A stretch of DNA of 64,000 bases from Octopus sinensis (Eukaryota), in assembly GCF_006345805.1 (NCBI RefSeq), contig NC_043024.1, positions 18,538,001 through 18,602,000 of the forward strand. Direction: 5' to 3'. The notes beneath the pieces are model-generated. The model worked only from the letters and a program-made list of their open reading frames with translations. It did no database searches and had not been told where the DNA came from. Within the stretch, counting starts at the first letter, position 1; each line of letters begins with the position of its first letter. The position numbers and the translations under genes were made by a program. This document shows, piece by piece, positions 25,791 through 39,174 of this stretch.

Positions 25791-26774
25791 ACAGTTAAGC
25801 ATTTTGCCTGGTGTGCTAAAGATTATGCCTGTTCACTGCCTTAATAACTATGATGATGATGACGATTATAATGATAATGATAATAATAATAATAACAACA
25901 ACGACAACAGCAACAACAATCACTTTCTACATTACTTTTGAAGATTACATGCTGACATCATAAAATTCTTCAACCGAAATCCCACCTTTACAGAGCAATT
26001 CAAGAATAAGCTATTTTTCTCGTTAGGGTTAGATAAACTTTAAATGATCCCTAAATCTCTAAAATTTACACTTCTATATATTCACAGTTGTATGTAAGTT
26101 AGCCATTTGAAACACCCTGACCGCTACAATGAAGCACATCCTCTCGGCCATAGTCACTCTCTTCAATACTTTTGAAGAATACTTGTTGACATAGTAAGCA
26201 CTTATATCTCCTCTCTCTCTCTCTCTCTCTTTCACTGTCTCTCTGTCTTTTTACCATTTTCACTGCCTTTCTGTCTTTCCTTCTCATTCTATCACCTTCT
26301 ACATTACTTTTGAAGGTTACTCGTTGACATCGTAAAATTCTTCAGCTGAAATCACACCTTTACAGAACAATTCAAACAAAAAACAATTTTTCTTGCTAGA
26401 TTTCGATAAACTTTGGTAAATTTCTAGTTTCACACCAGACTCGATTTTAGTACTAAATAATATTTTTCCCGCAGTTTTTCTTTTGGTGCAATCGACTTAG
26501 TTGACCTCGTAAGCTGTTGGAAATGCATTCTTTCCGAGGAAAATGGAGGGGGTGGGGGTGGAATGGAACCTCGGAAATTCCTCTTTCCAACCATGTCCCC
26601 TGCATTTCTTTTCGTTGCAGTTGTCTTAATTGACCTCATAATATGTAGGAAATTAATTTTGGCCCTGGAAAATGGAAGGGATGAGAGTGGGGCAGAACCT
26701 AGGGGAGTCCTGTATATCCTCTGTCTCCTGATTTGTGCTGGAATCGACCCCTTACTAGCGAACTGGGAGGGGTG

Positions 26775-27870
26775 TATATAATTTTGCTGCCTTAGTAAAA
26801 AATTGGTGTAGCAACTTTTTTTTCTGTAGTAGAGATAAATACCTGGCCAGGTACTCATGTAGATAGTTTGAACGAATAGCCAGCCTTTTTAACCATTCTT
26901 TTAAATCTCACCAAAAACGTTCGATGGCTTTTGTGTGTGTATGTGTGCATGTGTGGCATCAACACAATTCAAGGTGGCGAGCTGGCAGAATCGTTAGCAT
27001 GCCGGGTGAAATGCTTAGCGGTATTTCGTCTGCTGTTACGTTCTGAGTTCAAATTCCACCGGGGTCGATTAAATAAGTACCAGTTACACATTGGGGTAGA
27101 TGTAATCAACTTAATTCGTTTGTCTGTCCTTGTTTGTCCTCTCTGTGTTTAGCCCCTTGTGGGTAGTAAAGAAATTGGTATTTTGTCTGCCGTTACATTC
27201 TGAGTTCAAATTCCGCCGGGGTCGATTAAATAAGTACCAGTTACGCACTGGTGTCGATATAATCGACTTAATCCGTTTGTCTGTCCTTGTTTGTCCTCTC
27301 TGTGTTTAGCCCCTTGTGGGTAGTAAAGAAACAGGTATTTCGTCTGCCATTACATTCTGAGTTCAAATTCCGCCGGGGTCGATTAAATAAGTACCAGTTA
27401 CGCACTGGTGTCGATATAATCGACTTAATCCGTTTGTCTGTCCTTGTTTGTCCTCTCTGTGTTTAGCCCCTTGTGGGTAGTAAAGAAACAGGTATTTCGT
27501 CTGCCATTACATTCTGAGTTCAAATTCCGCCGGGGTCGATTAAATAAGTACCAGTTACACACTGGGGTTGATGTAATCAACTTAATCCATTTGCCTGTCC
27601 TTGTTTGTCCTCTCTGTGTTTAGCCCCTTGTGGGTAGTAAAGAAATAGGTTTCAACACAATTTTCTTTATAGTTTATCCTGTAATGCTGATACCCCAATG
27701 TTTGTATATCTTTGTAAGCTGCCAAAGAATCCCTGTAGATAACTGAGCCAGGTTTGATGTATTTTTGAATTAGTGGAAGCAATGTCATTTGGTCACGCTT
27801 CTGACCAGTCAGAGGAACAACAAAGCAACGTTTGCCAATCTGCTCAATTCCAGCAAACAACCAAACATAA
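26775..27870 (-). mobile_element. Merlin (IS1016/ISXO2-like DDE) transposase relic, split by a SINE-B array
   Basis: FAGIEQIGKRCFVVPLTGQKRDQMTLLPLIQKYIKPGSVIYRDSLAAYKDIQTLGYQHYRINYKENCV. Resumes beyond the insertion as DATHAHIHTKAIERFW*DLKEWLKR...YLHEYLARY. Confidence 0.75.
26970..27651 (+). repeat. SINE-B with four 157-bp deleted bodies in tandem, 11-bp TSD
   Basis: Unit starts ~27022, 27179, 27336 and 27493. TSD TCAACACAATT at 26959-26969 and 27652-27662. Confidence 0.9.
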
Positions 27871-28154
27871 ACATTTTAATTAGAATACACAATCTGTAAA
27901 TGGGATTAACTGATCATATGTATGAGGTCAATTAAGATGATTGCAACAAAAAAAGAAAAAAACGCGGGAGACAGGGTTGGGAAAGGGAATTTCCAGATCG
28001 CCAGTAAAGGGTCGATTCCAGCCCCAGGTTCTGCCCCACCCCACCCCATCGTTTTCCACAGACAAAATTCATTTCCCACACAAAACAATTGCAACAAAAA
28101 TAAACAGTTCTTAAATCGCTAAAATTTACATTTCTATATATTCATAGTTACATG

Positions 28155-28602
28155 CAGTGGTGGCCTGTGTATAGGCACTGTGGAACTGCAGCATCCCCTA
28201 CTTCCACTCAATATTATCGATAACATTCAATACAATGAATCCTATTTTCTTTAATTCTTTCTTTATACTTGCACATTGTAAAGTCCTTAAGCTTAAGTAG
28301 CCATCCCCCAGTTTATGAAAAAAATACATTAAAATCCTTGTATGGAACTGTGCACTTCACAGTTCCAGTGACACAGTGTTTGGCTGTTGTGCACATACTC
28401 ACATGTCTGAGATAGGAAGCTTCATGCTAGGGAGAGAGAGCACTGTCATTCATGCAGTGCCGGTAAAAGGTAGTGTTTCTTTTTGAAGTTTAAGTATAAA
28501 TTTTCTTTTTATGTTTGTTACCTTTTACACAATATTAAAACAGCTAAAAATTTTCTGAAGCAGCACCCCACCACACCTAATTTTATCTACAAGCTGTCAC
28601 TG
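28155..28602. mobile_element. Possible hAT-like MITE
   Basis: Ends CAGTG...CACTG. No 8-bp TSD found. Confidence 0.3.
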
Positions 28603-28939
28603 TATATAACTGTATATAATTGCTCTGAATATATAGAAGTGTAAATTTTAGGAATTTAAGAAATGTTTCAAGTTTATCTACATCTAACAAGGAAAGATAT
28701 CTTTCTGTTTGAATTGCTCTGTAATGGTGTGATTTCGGCTGAAGAATTTTCTGATGTCAACGAGTAATCTTCAAAAGTTAAGGCGAGAAAAGTGAGAGAA
28801 TGAAAGGGAGTGACAGAAAAGTAGTGATAGTGGTAAAAAGGTGTCAAAATATTGGTCAAGAGCCAATCTGGCTGCCGACATGTTGGTTGATGCCTTTCCT
28901 AAGCATCTCCTCTAACTTATAATAATATAAATAATCTGA

Positions 28940-29270
28940 GACCCCCTTCGGTCACGACACAGACAATAGGATTGCACCTAGAAAGTTACCCTCCCAGGCA
29001 CAAGTCCGGGCAAGGTTGTTTATGGAAGATCAGCAGTCGCCCATGCATGCCGACCCCCCCCTCCACTCTCCATGCCACCAGTGTTATCCAAGGGAAAGAC
29101 AAAGGGGCCGATACAGCTTGGCACTTGTGACATCGCAACTCATTTCTACAGCTGAGTGAACAGGAGCAACATCAAATAAAGTGTCTTGCTCAAGAACACA
29201 ACACGCAGCTCGGTCCGGGATTCGAGCTCACGATCGTAAGCTTGACACTCTAACCACTGAGCCATGTGCT
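28940..29270 (-). mobile_element. SINE-G
   Basis: As 15110-15447. Confidence 0.8.
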
Positions 29271-29289
29271 TTTCACAATATAAATAATA

Positions 29290-29339
<50 letters not shown>

Positions 29340-29353
29340 TATAATAATAATAA

Positions 29354-29822
29354 GGTACTGGCTCTCATGGCTTCTGATCTTAACTGATTGGAAGTGTTAT
29401 CATGTACATTGTTTTGTCTTGGTATAAAAGATGGGCTACAGCAAATATTCTGCTCAATACCACAGATTTGCTTGTCAGTTGTTTGACCTTAACCAGTTGA
29501 GGATGTCCCTTAACCAGGGGAGCATCATAGCTGTGTGTTGAGAGGAACTCTTTGGGGTTTGAATAATACTCCTCCGGAAACAACTCTTATTCAGGGATCC
29601 TTTGAGCAGGATAGGCTATTCAACCTGAAGAAAATTCTAACCGAGCCCCTCCTGCAAGGTCTAATACTGTTTATCTTGATATGAGATCACCATGTTGCGT
29701 ACATATGGTTGTGATGCATGTGCCTGGTGTACCCTTATCAGACGGGTAGTCATGATGGGTATATTGGGCTTTGTATATTTTACCCCAGTGTTACTTTGAT
29801 GGAATGCACTGTTCTCTCACTC
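29354..29822 (+). mobile_element. Element D, flanked by (AAT)n on both sides
   Basis: Collinear with 468-992. Confidence 0.75.
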
Positions 29823-29824
29823 AG

Positions 29825-29876
<52 letters not shown>

Positions 29877-30070
29877 GATAATAACAATAACAATAATAAT
29901 AATAATGATAATGATGATAATAATGATAATAATAATAATAATATTGATAATGATAATGATAATAATAGTAATAATGATAATAATGATAATAATAATAATA
30001 ATATTGATAATGATAATGATAATAATAGTAATAATAATGATGACGACAACAACAACAACAGCACCAGCAG
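29823..30070. repeat. (AAT/GAT)n then (AAC)n compound microsatellite
   Basis: Direct reading. Confidence 0.9.
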
Positions 30071-30449
30071 CAGCCGTTCAAGAATTTGGACCTGGAGATC
30101 TCCATTTCCTGCAACTTCAAGGGCCACCTCCCAGTGGTGTCGGGCGTCAAACGAAGAGCCCTCAACTACAACGAGACGACCAAAGTTTTTTTTTTCCAAG
30201 GTCTGGGGTCTCCCACCCCTAAGGCTTAGACCATCACCTAATCACCCTTACTTGTCTTGTTGCTTAACAACAACAACAACAATCAGCAGCAGAAGCAGCA
30301 GCAAAAACAACAATAATACATTAATATCATTATGGAGCAGGTTAATTAGAAAAGATCATCTGGAGGAAAATTAGCCCACAGTTGTAAGCATCATGGACAA
30401 AATAATTTTATGGGTGGCCCAACTTCACATGTAGGACCCAGGGTGATAT

Positions 30450-31572
30450 ACTCTTTTACTCTTTTACTTGTTTCAGTCATTTGACTTCGGCCATGCTGGA
30501 GCACTGCCTTTAGTCGAGCAAATCGACCCCAGGACTTATTCTTTGTAAGCCCAGTACTTATTCTATCAGTCTCTTTTGCCGAACCGCTAAGTGACGGGGA
30601 CGTAAACACACCACCATCGGTTGTCAAGCAATGCTAGGGGGGACAAACACAGACACACAAACACATACACACACATACATATATATATATGCATATATAT
30701 ACGACAGGCTTCTTTCAGTTTCCGTCTACCAAATCCACTCACAAGGCATTGGTCAGCCCGGAGCTATAGCAGAAGACACTTGCCCAAGGTACCACCAGTG
30801 GGACTGAACCCGAACCATGTGGTTGGTAAGCAGCTACTTACCACACAGCCACTCCTGTGACATATACATATATATTCATATATACGACGGGCTTCTTTCA
30901 GTTTCCGTCACCGAATCCACTCACAAGGCATTGGTCGGCCCGGAGCTATAGCAGAAGACACTTGCCCAAGGTGCCACGCAGTGGACTGAACCGGAACCAT
31001 GTGGTTGGTAAGCAGCTACTTACCACACAGCCACTCCTGTGACATATACATATATATTCATATATACGACGGGCTTCTTTCAGTTTCCGTCTACCGAATC
31101 CACTCACAAGGCATTGTCGGCCCGGAGCTATAGCAGAAGACACTTGCCCAAGGTGCCACGCAGTGGGACTGAACCCGGAACCATGTGGTTGGTAAGCAAG
31201 CTACTTACCACACAGCCACTCCTGTGACATATACATATATATTCATATATACGACGGGCTTCTTTCAGTTTCCGTCTACCGAATCCACTCACAAGGCATT
31301 GGTCGGCCCGGAGCTATAGCAGAAGACACTTGCCCAAGGTGCCACGCAGTGGGACTGAACCCGGAACCATGTGGTTGGTAAGCAAGCTACTTACCACACA
31401 GCCACTCCTGTGACATATACATATATATTCATATATACGACGGGCTTCTTTCAGTTTCCGTCTACCGAATCCACTCACAAGGCATTGGTCGGCCCGGAGC
31501 TATAGCAGAAGACTGAACCCGGAACCATGTGGTTGGTAAGCAAGCTACTTACCACACAGCCACTCCTGCGCC
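30450..31572 (-). repeat. SINE-A with five tandem copies of its 5' (tRNA-like plus CORE-like) module
   Basis: CTCCTG head boundary recurs at ~30852, 31034, 31219, 31405 and 31563. Confidence 0.9.
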
Positions 31573-31824
31573 TATAAAATGTGTTTTGGGAAAAAAGGCA
31601 TCTTATATGCCATCAAATCTGGGAGTTGAAGTGTTTCAAGTTTTGCACTTTTTTGTTGATTAATATTAACAAATATTTATTAGTGATCAAAAGAATCGTT
31701 ATGTGGAAAATTAAGGATGTGTGAATTGCGGCTCTGTTTAATGTCATCGCTTATAAATATGTGATGTGCAAATATTGGCCGCAGTTCATTGACCGGAAAG
31801 AGTAAGGTGATAAAAGAGACACCA

Positions 31825-31922
31825 TTGTCATCAGTACCATCATGATCCTTGTTGTCCTCATCACAAACACGACGACCACCATCACCATCATCATCATCAT
31901 CACTATCATCACCACTATCATC

Positions 31923-31954
<32 letters not shown>

Positions 31955-32500
31955 CATCATCATCACCATCACCACCACCACCATCATCATCATCAACATC
32001 ATCATCTTCATCATCATCATCATCGTCATCATCAACATCACCACCACCACCACCACCATCATCATCACTGTTATCGACATTATCATTATCCTCTTCATCA
32101 TTATCATTGTTGTGGTCTCTGTAAACATCGCTGTCATCATCATTATCATCATTGTCATCATCATCATCATCACTATCATTATTGTCATCACTATTATCAG
32201 TATCATCATCATCATTGTTGTAGTCGTCATCATCATCATCATCATCATTGTCATCATCATCACCATCATTATCATCATTATCGTTGTCATAGTTGTCATC
32301 ACCATCATTATCGTCATCACTATTGTCAGTATCATCATCATCATTGTTGTAGTCGTTATCATTATCATCACCGTTGTCGTCATCATTACCATTATCATTA
32401 TCATCATCATTATTGTTGTCATAGTTGTCATCATAGCCATCACCATCATCATCACTGTGGTGGCATCATAGTCGTTGTCATCATCATCATCATCATCATC
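31825..32500. repeat. Degenerate (CAT)n array
   Basis: Direct reading; source of the Met/Ile-rich ORFs. Confidence 0.95.
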
Positions 32501-32639
32501 ATCCTTTTGACATTCTCTTTCTGATGCCATATAGAATTCAACGAGATAGATTTCCTACATCTAGATGCCTTGTCTATTGCCGTTCCTCTCACCTGCTGCT
32601 GATCATCTCACCTGTTGCTGATCAAAGTAATGCTTCCCT

Positions 32640-33030
32640 TTCATCATCATCATCGTTTAACGTCCGTTCTCCATGCTAGCATGGGTTGGACGGTTTGACC
32701 GGGGATCTGGGAAGCCAGAAGGCTGCACCAGGCTCCAGTCTTATCTGGCAATGTTTCTACAGCTGGATGCTCTTCCTAACGCCAACCACTCCGTGAGTGT
32801 AGTGGGTGCTTTTTACGTGCCACCCGCACAGGTGCCAGGCGAGGCTGGCAACGGCCACGTTCAGATTGGTGCATTTTACGTGCGACCGGCATGGAAGCCA
32901 GTCGAGGTGGCACTGGCTTCGGCCATGATTCGGATGGTGCTTTTTACGTACCACCAGTCCAGGGGTCCTGGCATCTGCTGGGTGCCAGTCATAGGATTGG
33001 TTCAATTTCGATTTCGATTTCTGTGGCTAG
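32640..33030 (-). mobile_element. RTE-type 3' end fragment
   Basis: Same family as 5275-5675. Confidence 0.75.
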
Positions 33031-33098
33031 GCATATTTTCATAAAAAGCTGGGAAAGAACGACACCTCTTCTGCTTGTGCAATTATGATGCTCATATC

Positions 33099-33174
<76 letters not shown>

Positions 33175-33175
<1 letters not shown>

Positions 33176-33393
33176 ACGAGGGGGTGCTGAAGAGTTCCTG
33201 GCTTTAATAGTATCATGAAAGGCCTGTTTGGAGGCCTAACCTTCCAAGTTTTTTTCAGAGCTTAGAAAAACTGAAGGTCTGCTGCAACAAGTGTGTGAAT
33301 CTGAGATGGAAATATGTTGGATAAAATAATTGACTCTGATCCTCCTGTATTTTCTTTTTACTCAAAACCAGGAACTTTTCTGCATCCACTCAT
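33175..33393. mobile_element. Mariner/Tc1-type MITE
   Basis: TIR-like ends CGAGGGGGTGCTGAAGAGTTCCTGGCTTT / AAAACCAGGAACTTTTCTGCATCCACTC. Second copy in opposite orientation at 47903-48124. Confidence 0.7.
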
Positions 33394-33400
33394 ATATATA

Positions 33401-33800
33401 GGCGCAGGAGTGGCTGTGTGGTAAGTAGCTTGTTTACCAACCACATGGTACCGGGCTCAGTCCCACTGCGTGGTGCCTTGGGCAAGTGTCTTCTACTATA
33501 GCCTCGGGCCGACCAAAGCCTTGTAAATGGATTTGGTAGACGGAAACTGAAAGAAGCCTGTCGTATATATGTATATATATATGTGTGTATGTGTGTATGT
33601 TTGTGTGTCTGTGTTTGTCCCCCTAGCATTGCTTGACAACTGATGCTGGTGTGTTTATGACCCCGTCACTTAGCGGTTCAGCAAAAGAGACCAATAGAAT
33701 AAGTACTGGGCTTACAAAGAATAAGTCCCGGGGTCGAGTTGCTCCAATAAAGGCGGTGCTCCAGCATGGCCACAGTCAAATGACTGAAACAAGTAAAAAG
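33401..33800 (+). mobile_element. SINE-A, full length
   Basis: Starts GGCGCAGGAGTGGCTGTGTGGTAAG. Confidence 0.9.
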
Positions 33801-34569
33801 AAAAAAAAATATCATGGGCTTCTTTCAGTGATTGGCCTGGAGCTATATTAGAAGACACTTGACTACTACCATGCTGCAAATTTGAACCTGGCACCACGTG
33901 GTTGGGAAGCAAGCTTCTTAACCACACAGCCAGTAAACAAACATAGTGTAAATCAGAGTTCATCTTGTTTGTATCTGTTTGAATTTAACATGATAATAAT
34001 GTAGAAACTGTGAGATTTTTAGTTGTTATATTTCACAGGTCAAACAAGCAGAATATTTGAAAAGAATACCAAGTAGTTTGATGATGGCCTGTTTCCACTG
34101 CCATTAAATTTCGGTATCTGACTGTCCGATTTTAAATCAAAGAAACAAAAAAAAAATCTAGTTATCAACAATCAACTCTTTCCCCACCAAAAAAATATAA
34201 AAATAATTTTTTAATCATCAAAAGCTCATTTGCATTTAAATCATAACTATTTTATTAATCCACAATTATTCCCCCACCTCTCCTTGAAAATATTTTCTCT
34301 CACATTAGATAACATTTGATACTTTTAATTTCACGAGACACATTCTCCTCATCATCTTCATCATTTACATTCAAAATTACATTACTTTTTTGGAGTCTGT
34401 TTCCTTCTTTAGCATAAATCTCAAATGCTTTCCCAATCATGTTGTTATCAATTTAAAATTCTTCATGTGGTTATTATTATTATTATTGTTATTATTATGA
34501 CTGTGCATAAGTTTAGTGGTTAAAGTGCTGCACTCGTGATCTAGTGGTCATGGTTTCAATTCCTACACT

Positions 34570-34984
34570 CTCTTTTTTTTCTCTTTTACTTGTTTCAGTC
34601 ATTTGACTGTGGCCATGCTGGAGCACCACCTTTTAGTCGAGCAACTCGACCCCGGGACTTATTCTTTTGTAAGCCCAGTACTTATTCTATCGGTCTCTTT
34701 TGCCGAACCGCTAAGTGACGGGGACATAAACACACCACCATCGGTTGTCAAGCAATGCTAGGGGGACAAACACAGACACACAAACACACACATACATATA
34801 TATATACACATACATATATACGATGGGCTTCTTTCAGTTTCCGTCTACCAAATCCACTCACAAGGCTTTGGTCTGCCCGGGGCTATAGTAGAAGACACTT
34901 GCCCAAGGTGCCATGTAGTGGGACTGAACCCAGAACCATGTGTTTGGTAAACAAGCTACTTACCACACAGCCACTCCTGCGCCT
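34570..34984 (-). mobile_element. SINE-A, full length, flanked by ~105-111 bp direct repeats
   Basis: Flanks 34465-34569 and 34985-35095 are homologous. Confidence 0.88.
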
Positions 34985-35249
34985 ATGTGGTTATTATGAT
35001 CATTATCATTATTGTTATTATTATGACAGTGTATGAGCTTAGTGGTTAAAGTGTTGTACTCATGATCTAGTGATCATGGTTTCATTTCCTAGACTGGGCA
35101 GTGCGTTGTCTTCCTGAGTAAAGCACTTCACCTCACGATGCTCTGCAATCACTTCAACACCTGACATGCGGCATACCTGTGCCCCTGTTCAGACAATGTC
35201 ATTTTGATTGAGAGAGTGAACTAATGTGTGGCACAAATATTTTATCATT

Positions 35250-35420
35250 ATAGCTTGCTTACAAACCGCATGGTTCCAGGTTCAGTCCTACTGCGTGGCA
35301 TCTTGGGCAAGTGTCTTTTACTATAGCCTTGGGCCGACCAAAGCCTTGTGTGTGGATTTTGTAGACGGAAACTGAATGAAGCCTGTCATATATATGTATA
35401 TATATTTCTTGTTTGGATTA

Positions 35421-35487
<67 letters not shown>

Positions 35488-35712
35488 GTGTATGTTTGTG
35501 TGTCTGTGTTTGTCCCACTCCAACATCGCTTGACAACCGACCGATGCTGGTGTGTTTACGTCCCTGTAACTTAGCAGTTCAGCAAAAGAGAGTGATAAAA
35601 TAAGTACTAGGCTTACAGAGAATAAGTCCTGGGGTCAATTTCCTCAACTAAAAGGCGGTGCTCCAGCATGGCCGCAGTCAAATGACTGAAACAAGTAAAA
35701 GAGTAAAAGAGA
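35250..35712 (+). mobile_element. SINE-A
   Basis: Family motifs with an internal (TA)n. Confidence 0.85.
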
Positions 35713-35989
35713 GAGAATAAACAAATCATTTGTGTAGATCATATGCTGTCTTCAACGGAAGAGTCCATCATTGATCATCGTTATTATTATTATTATCTGG
35801 ACGAAATGCTTAGCGGTATTTTGCCCATTGCTACATTCTGAGTTCAAATTCCACCAAGGTCAATTTAGCCTTTCATCCTTTTGTGGTTGATAAATTAAGT
35901 ACCAGTGAAACACCGGGGTTTAAATAATCGACTTATACCCTCCTCTAAAATTTCAGGTTTTGTGCCTAGAAGTAGAAATGGTTTTTCTT

Positions 35990-36020
<31 letters not shown>

Positions 36021-36076
36021 TTATTATTATTATTGTTGTTGTTATTATTATTATTATTATCATTATTATTATTATT

Positions 36077-36109
<33 letters not shown>

Positions 36110-36110
36110 A

Positions 36111-36159
<49 letters not shown>

Positions 36160-36177
36160 CATTATTATTATTATTAA
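35990..36177. repeat. Compound (CTT)n-(TAT)n-(TGT)n-(TAT)n microsatellite
   Basis: Direct reading. Confidence 0.95.
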
Positions 36178-36289
36178 AGTACTGGGTTTGATGTACTCAA
36201 CTAACACTGAAATTGCGGGGCCTGCACCAAAATTAGAAAGAATTATGATTATTATTGGTCCACCAGTATATAAACTTCATGAAACAAGT

Positions 36290-36561
36290 GCAATGATGAT
36301 GATGATGATGTTGATGATGACAAATATAATGATAACTACAGTGATAATAATGATGATGATGATGATGATAATGATGATGATGATGACGATGATGATGATG
36401 ATAACGACAGGAGGAGGAGGAGGAGGAAGATGATAACAACAATAACAATGTTGTAGATGATGATGATGAATGACGATGATAACAATGTTGATGATGATGG
36501 TGGTGGTGATGATGATTATGAGATGACGACAAATATGATAATGACAACTACAGTGATAATA

Positions 36562-36592
<31 letters not shown>

Positions 36593-36880
36593 CAAGAGGA
36601 GGATGAGGAAGATAATAATAACAATGATAACAATGTTGTAGATGATGATGGTGATGATGATGATGATGATGATGATGCTGATGATAATAACAATGTTGAT
36701 GATGATGGTGGTGGTGGTGGTAGTGGTGGTGATGATGTCGACGACAAATATGATGATGACAACTACAGTGATAATAATGATGATGATGATGATGATAATG
36801 ACAGGAGGAGGATGAGGAAGATGATAACAACAATAACAATGTTGTAGATGATGATGGTGATGGTGATAACGATGATGACC
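36290..36880. repeat. (GAT)n-rich low-complexity array with higher-order units
   Basis: Recurring GACAAATATGATAATGACAACTACAGTGATAAT and AATAACAATGTTGTAGATGATG blocks. Confidence 0.85.
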
Positions 36881-37639
36881 CATAAATTAACTTTTGTTCA
36901 TTCATATCCTGAACCGGATAATAAACCTGAGAGCTCTTGAAAAACCTCGACTACAAGAGCATTTATTGCATAAAATCTTCACAGCCATGGCTATCAAAAT
37001 TTCATAATTGATATGTACGCATTAAACAGGATCCCTGTTACTCATTATAGAAACAAATATCTGAATTAATGAATTAACGATTTAATGAAACCACTTCAAA
37101 AGACACCTGAAAAAGCTAGCGTGAATGCTAATCATTCGCTAATTCTAAATATGATAATCTGTTATTGCGAGATACCATAGGTGCCGGTATTAATATTGAA
37201 TAATTTCTATACATAATGTTCGTTACAGTTTGCTGATCAGGAATTTTTTTCCTCTTCCGCTGGCATTACCGAAACCAAATTAATCTGATTGATGTTAGGT
37301 GCCATATGCCAATCTTTTCTAGATGCAATCATCAAATCTGTCCAGGTAATATAAGAGATCTGATATTAATCTTTACATGTGTCGTCATTGAGTGTTTCAT
37401 GGAATTTATGGCATGGCCTTCTCCACCAAATAAGCCTTTGTGATTATTTATCTAATAACTTATTTTAAACTGTTTCCAGGTGAATCCAGGTACAAATATA
37501 TAAATAATTTCTATTCCTGTGCATTGGGAATGATGACTGGAAAAAAGCTGGCAAACAGAAAGGGTTCCAGCTCTAGGGAGATTCTTTGGAAATGCCTTCA
37601 GACTCTGCCAGCTGGGAAAAGTGGAGATAAAAAGAGCGA

Positions 37640-38230
37640 CAATAACAATGGTGATGATGATGATGATATTAATGATATTGATAAGGATGACGATGATGAT
37701 GACGATGATGAGGAGGAGGATGATGATAACAACGATGGCTATGATGATTAGAACAATGATGATATTAATGATGATATTGATGATAAGGATGACAATGATG
37801 ATGATGCCGATGATGATGATGAGGATGATGATAATAATGACGGCCATGATGATTAGAACAATGATGATGATGTTGATGATATTAATGATGATGTTAAGGA
37901 TGATGATAATGATGATGATGATGATGATGATGCTGATGATGATGATGACGACGACGACGATGATGATGATGATGACGACGATGATGATGACGATGATGAT
38001 GATTATGACGACGATGATGATGACGATGATGATGATGATGATGATGACGATGACGGTGATGATGACAATGATGATAATCGTGATATTGATGATAATGTTA
38101 ATGATGATGATGATGATGATGATAAAGATGGTGAGGAGGAGGAGGAGGAGGAAAATGCTGATGATGATGATGACAAGATTGGCAATGATGATGATGTTCA
38201 TGATGTTGATGGCAACAATAACAATGGCCC
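37640..38230. repeat. (GAT)n-rich low-complexity array
   Basis: Direct reading. Confidence 0.9.
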
Positions 38231-39174
38231 TTAATAAATTAACTTTTATTCATTCCCATAAAAATCCTGATGATAGGTCTGAGACCTCTAGAAAACGCTC
38301 AACAACAACAACAACAACAACAAGAACAACAAGAACAGCATTTACTGTACATAATTTTTACAATCATGGATATTGAAATCTCAAAATTGATTTGTATGCA
38401 ATAAGCAGGATCCCTGTTATTCATTATAGAAACAGGTTTCTGAATTAATGAATTCATTAACCTAACCACTTCAAAGGACCCCTGCAAAAACTAACACGAA
38501 TGCTAATCACCTGCTAATTCTAAATACGATAATCTGTTATTGCGAGATACCTTAGGAACCGGAATTGACTTTGAATAATTTCAATGCATAATGTTTATTA
38601 CATTTTCCAATCAGAAATTTTTCTTTTCCAATGATATTAATGGAACCTAATTAATCTGACTGATGTTAGGTGCCATACACCATTCTTCTCTAGTTGCGAT
38701 CACAGAATCTGTCGAGCCAATATATGTGATATGATGTGAACGTTTACATGTATAATTATTCTTGGATTTTGTGGCATAGCCTGCTCCACCACAAAGGTCC
38801 ATGTGAATACAAAGTTATCCAAATGTCTCTAAATTTTAATAAAGTGAAAACTGGAACCTCAGTCAAAATTCTTTGTGGCACTTTGTCCATCTTTACTTTT
38901 TTCGTTCAAATTCCACTAAATTTGACTTTGCCATTCGTCTTTTAAGGGTTGGTAAAATAAGTGACTGTTGCACCCTGGGGCTGATGTAATCAACTTAACC
39001 GCCCCAACCCTGAAATTGCTGGCCTTGTGCCAAAATTTGGAACCGATATTTTTTTCTTAAAGGTGATGACCTGGCTGAATGGTTAGCAGTATTTTGTCAG
39101 TCTTTACGTCCTGAGTTCAAATTCTGCTGAGGTTTACTTTGCCTTAAACTCTTTTGGGATTAATAGAATAAGTA

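Noticed and set aside
38266-38300. CTGATGA...GAAA hammerhead-like string
   Set aside because: A helix II is possible, but helix III has a mismatch and there is no helix I. The paralogous cassette lacks the core.
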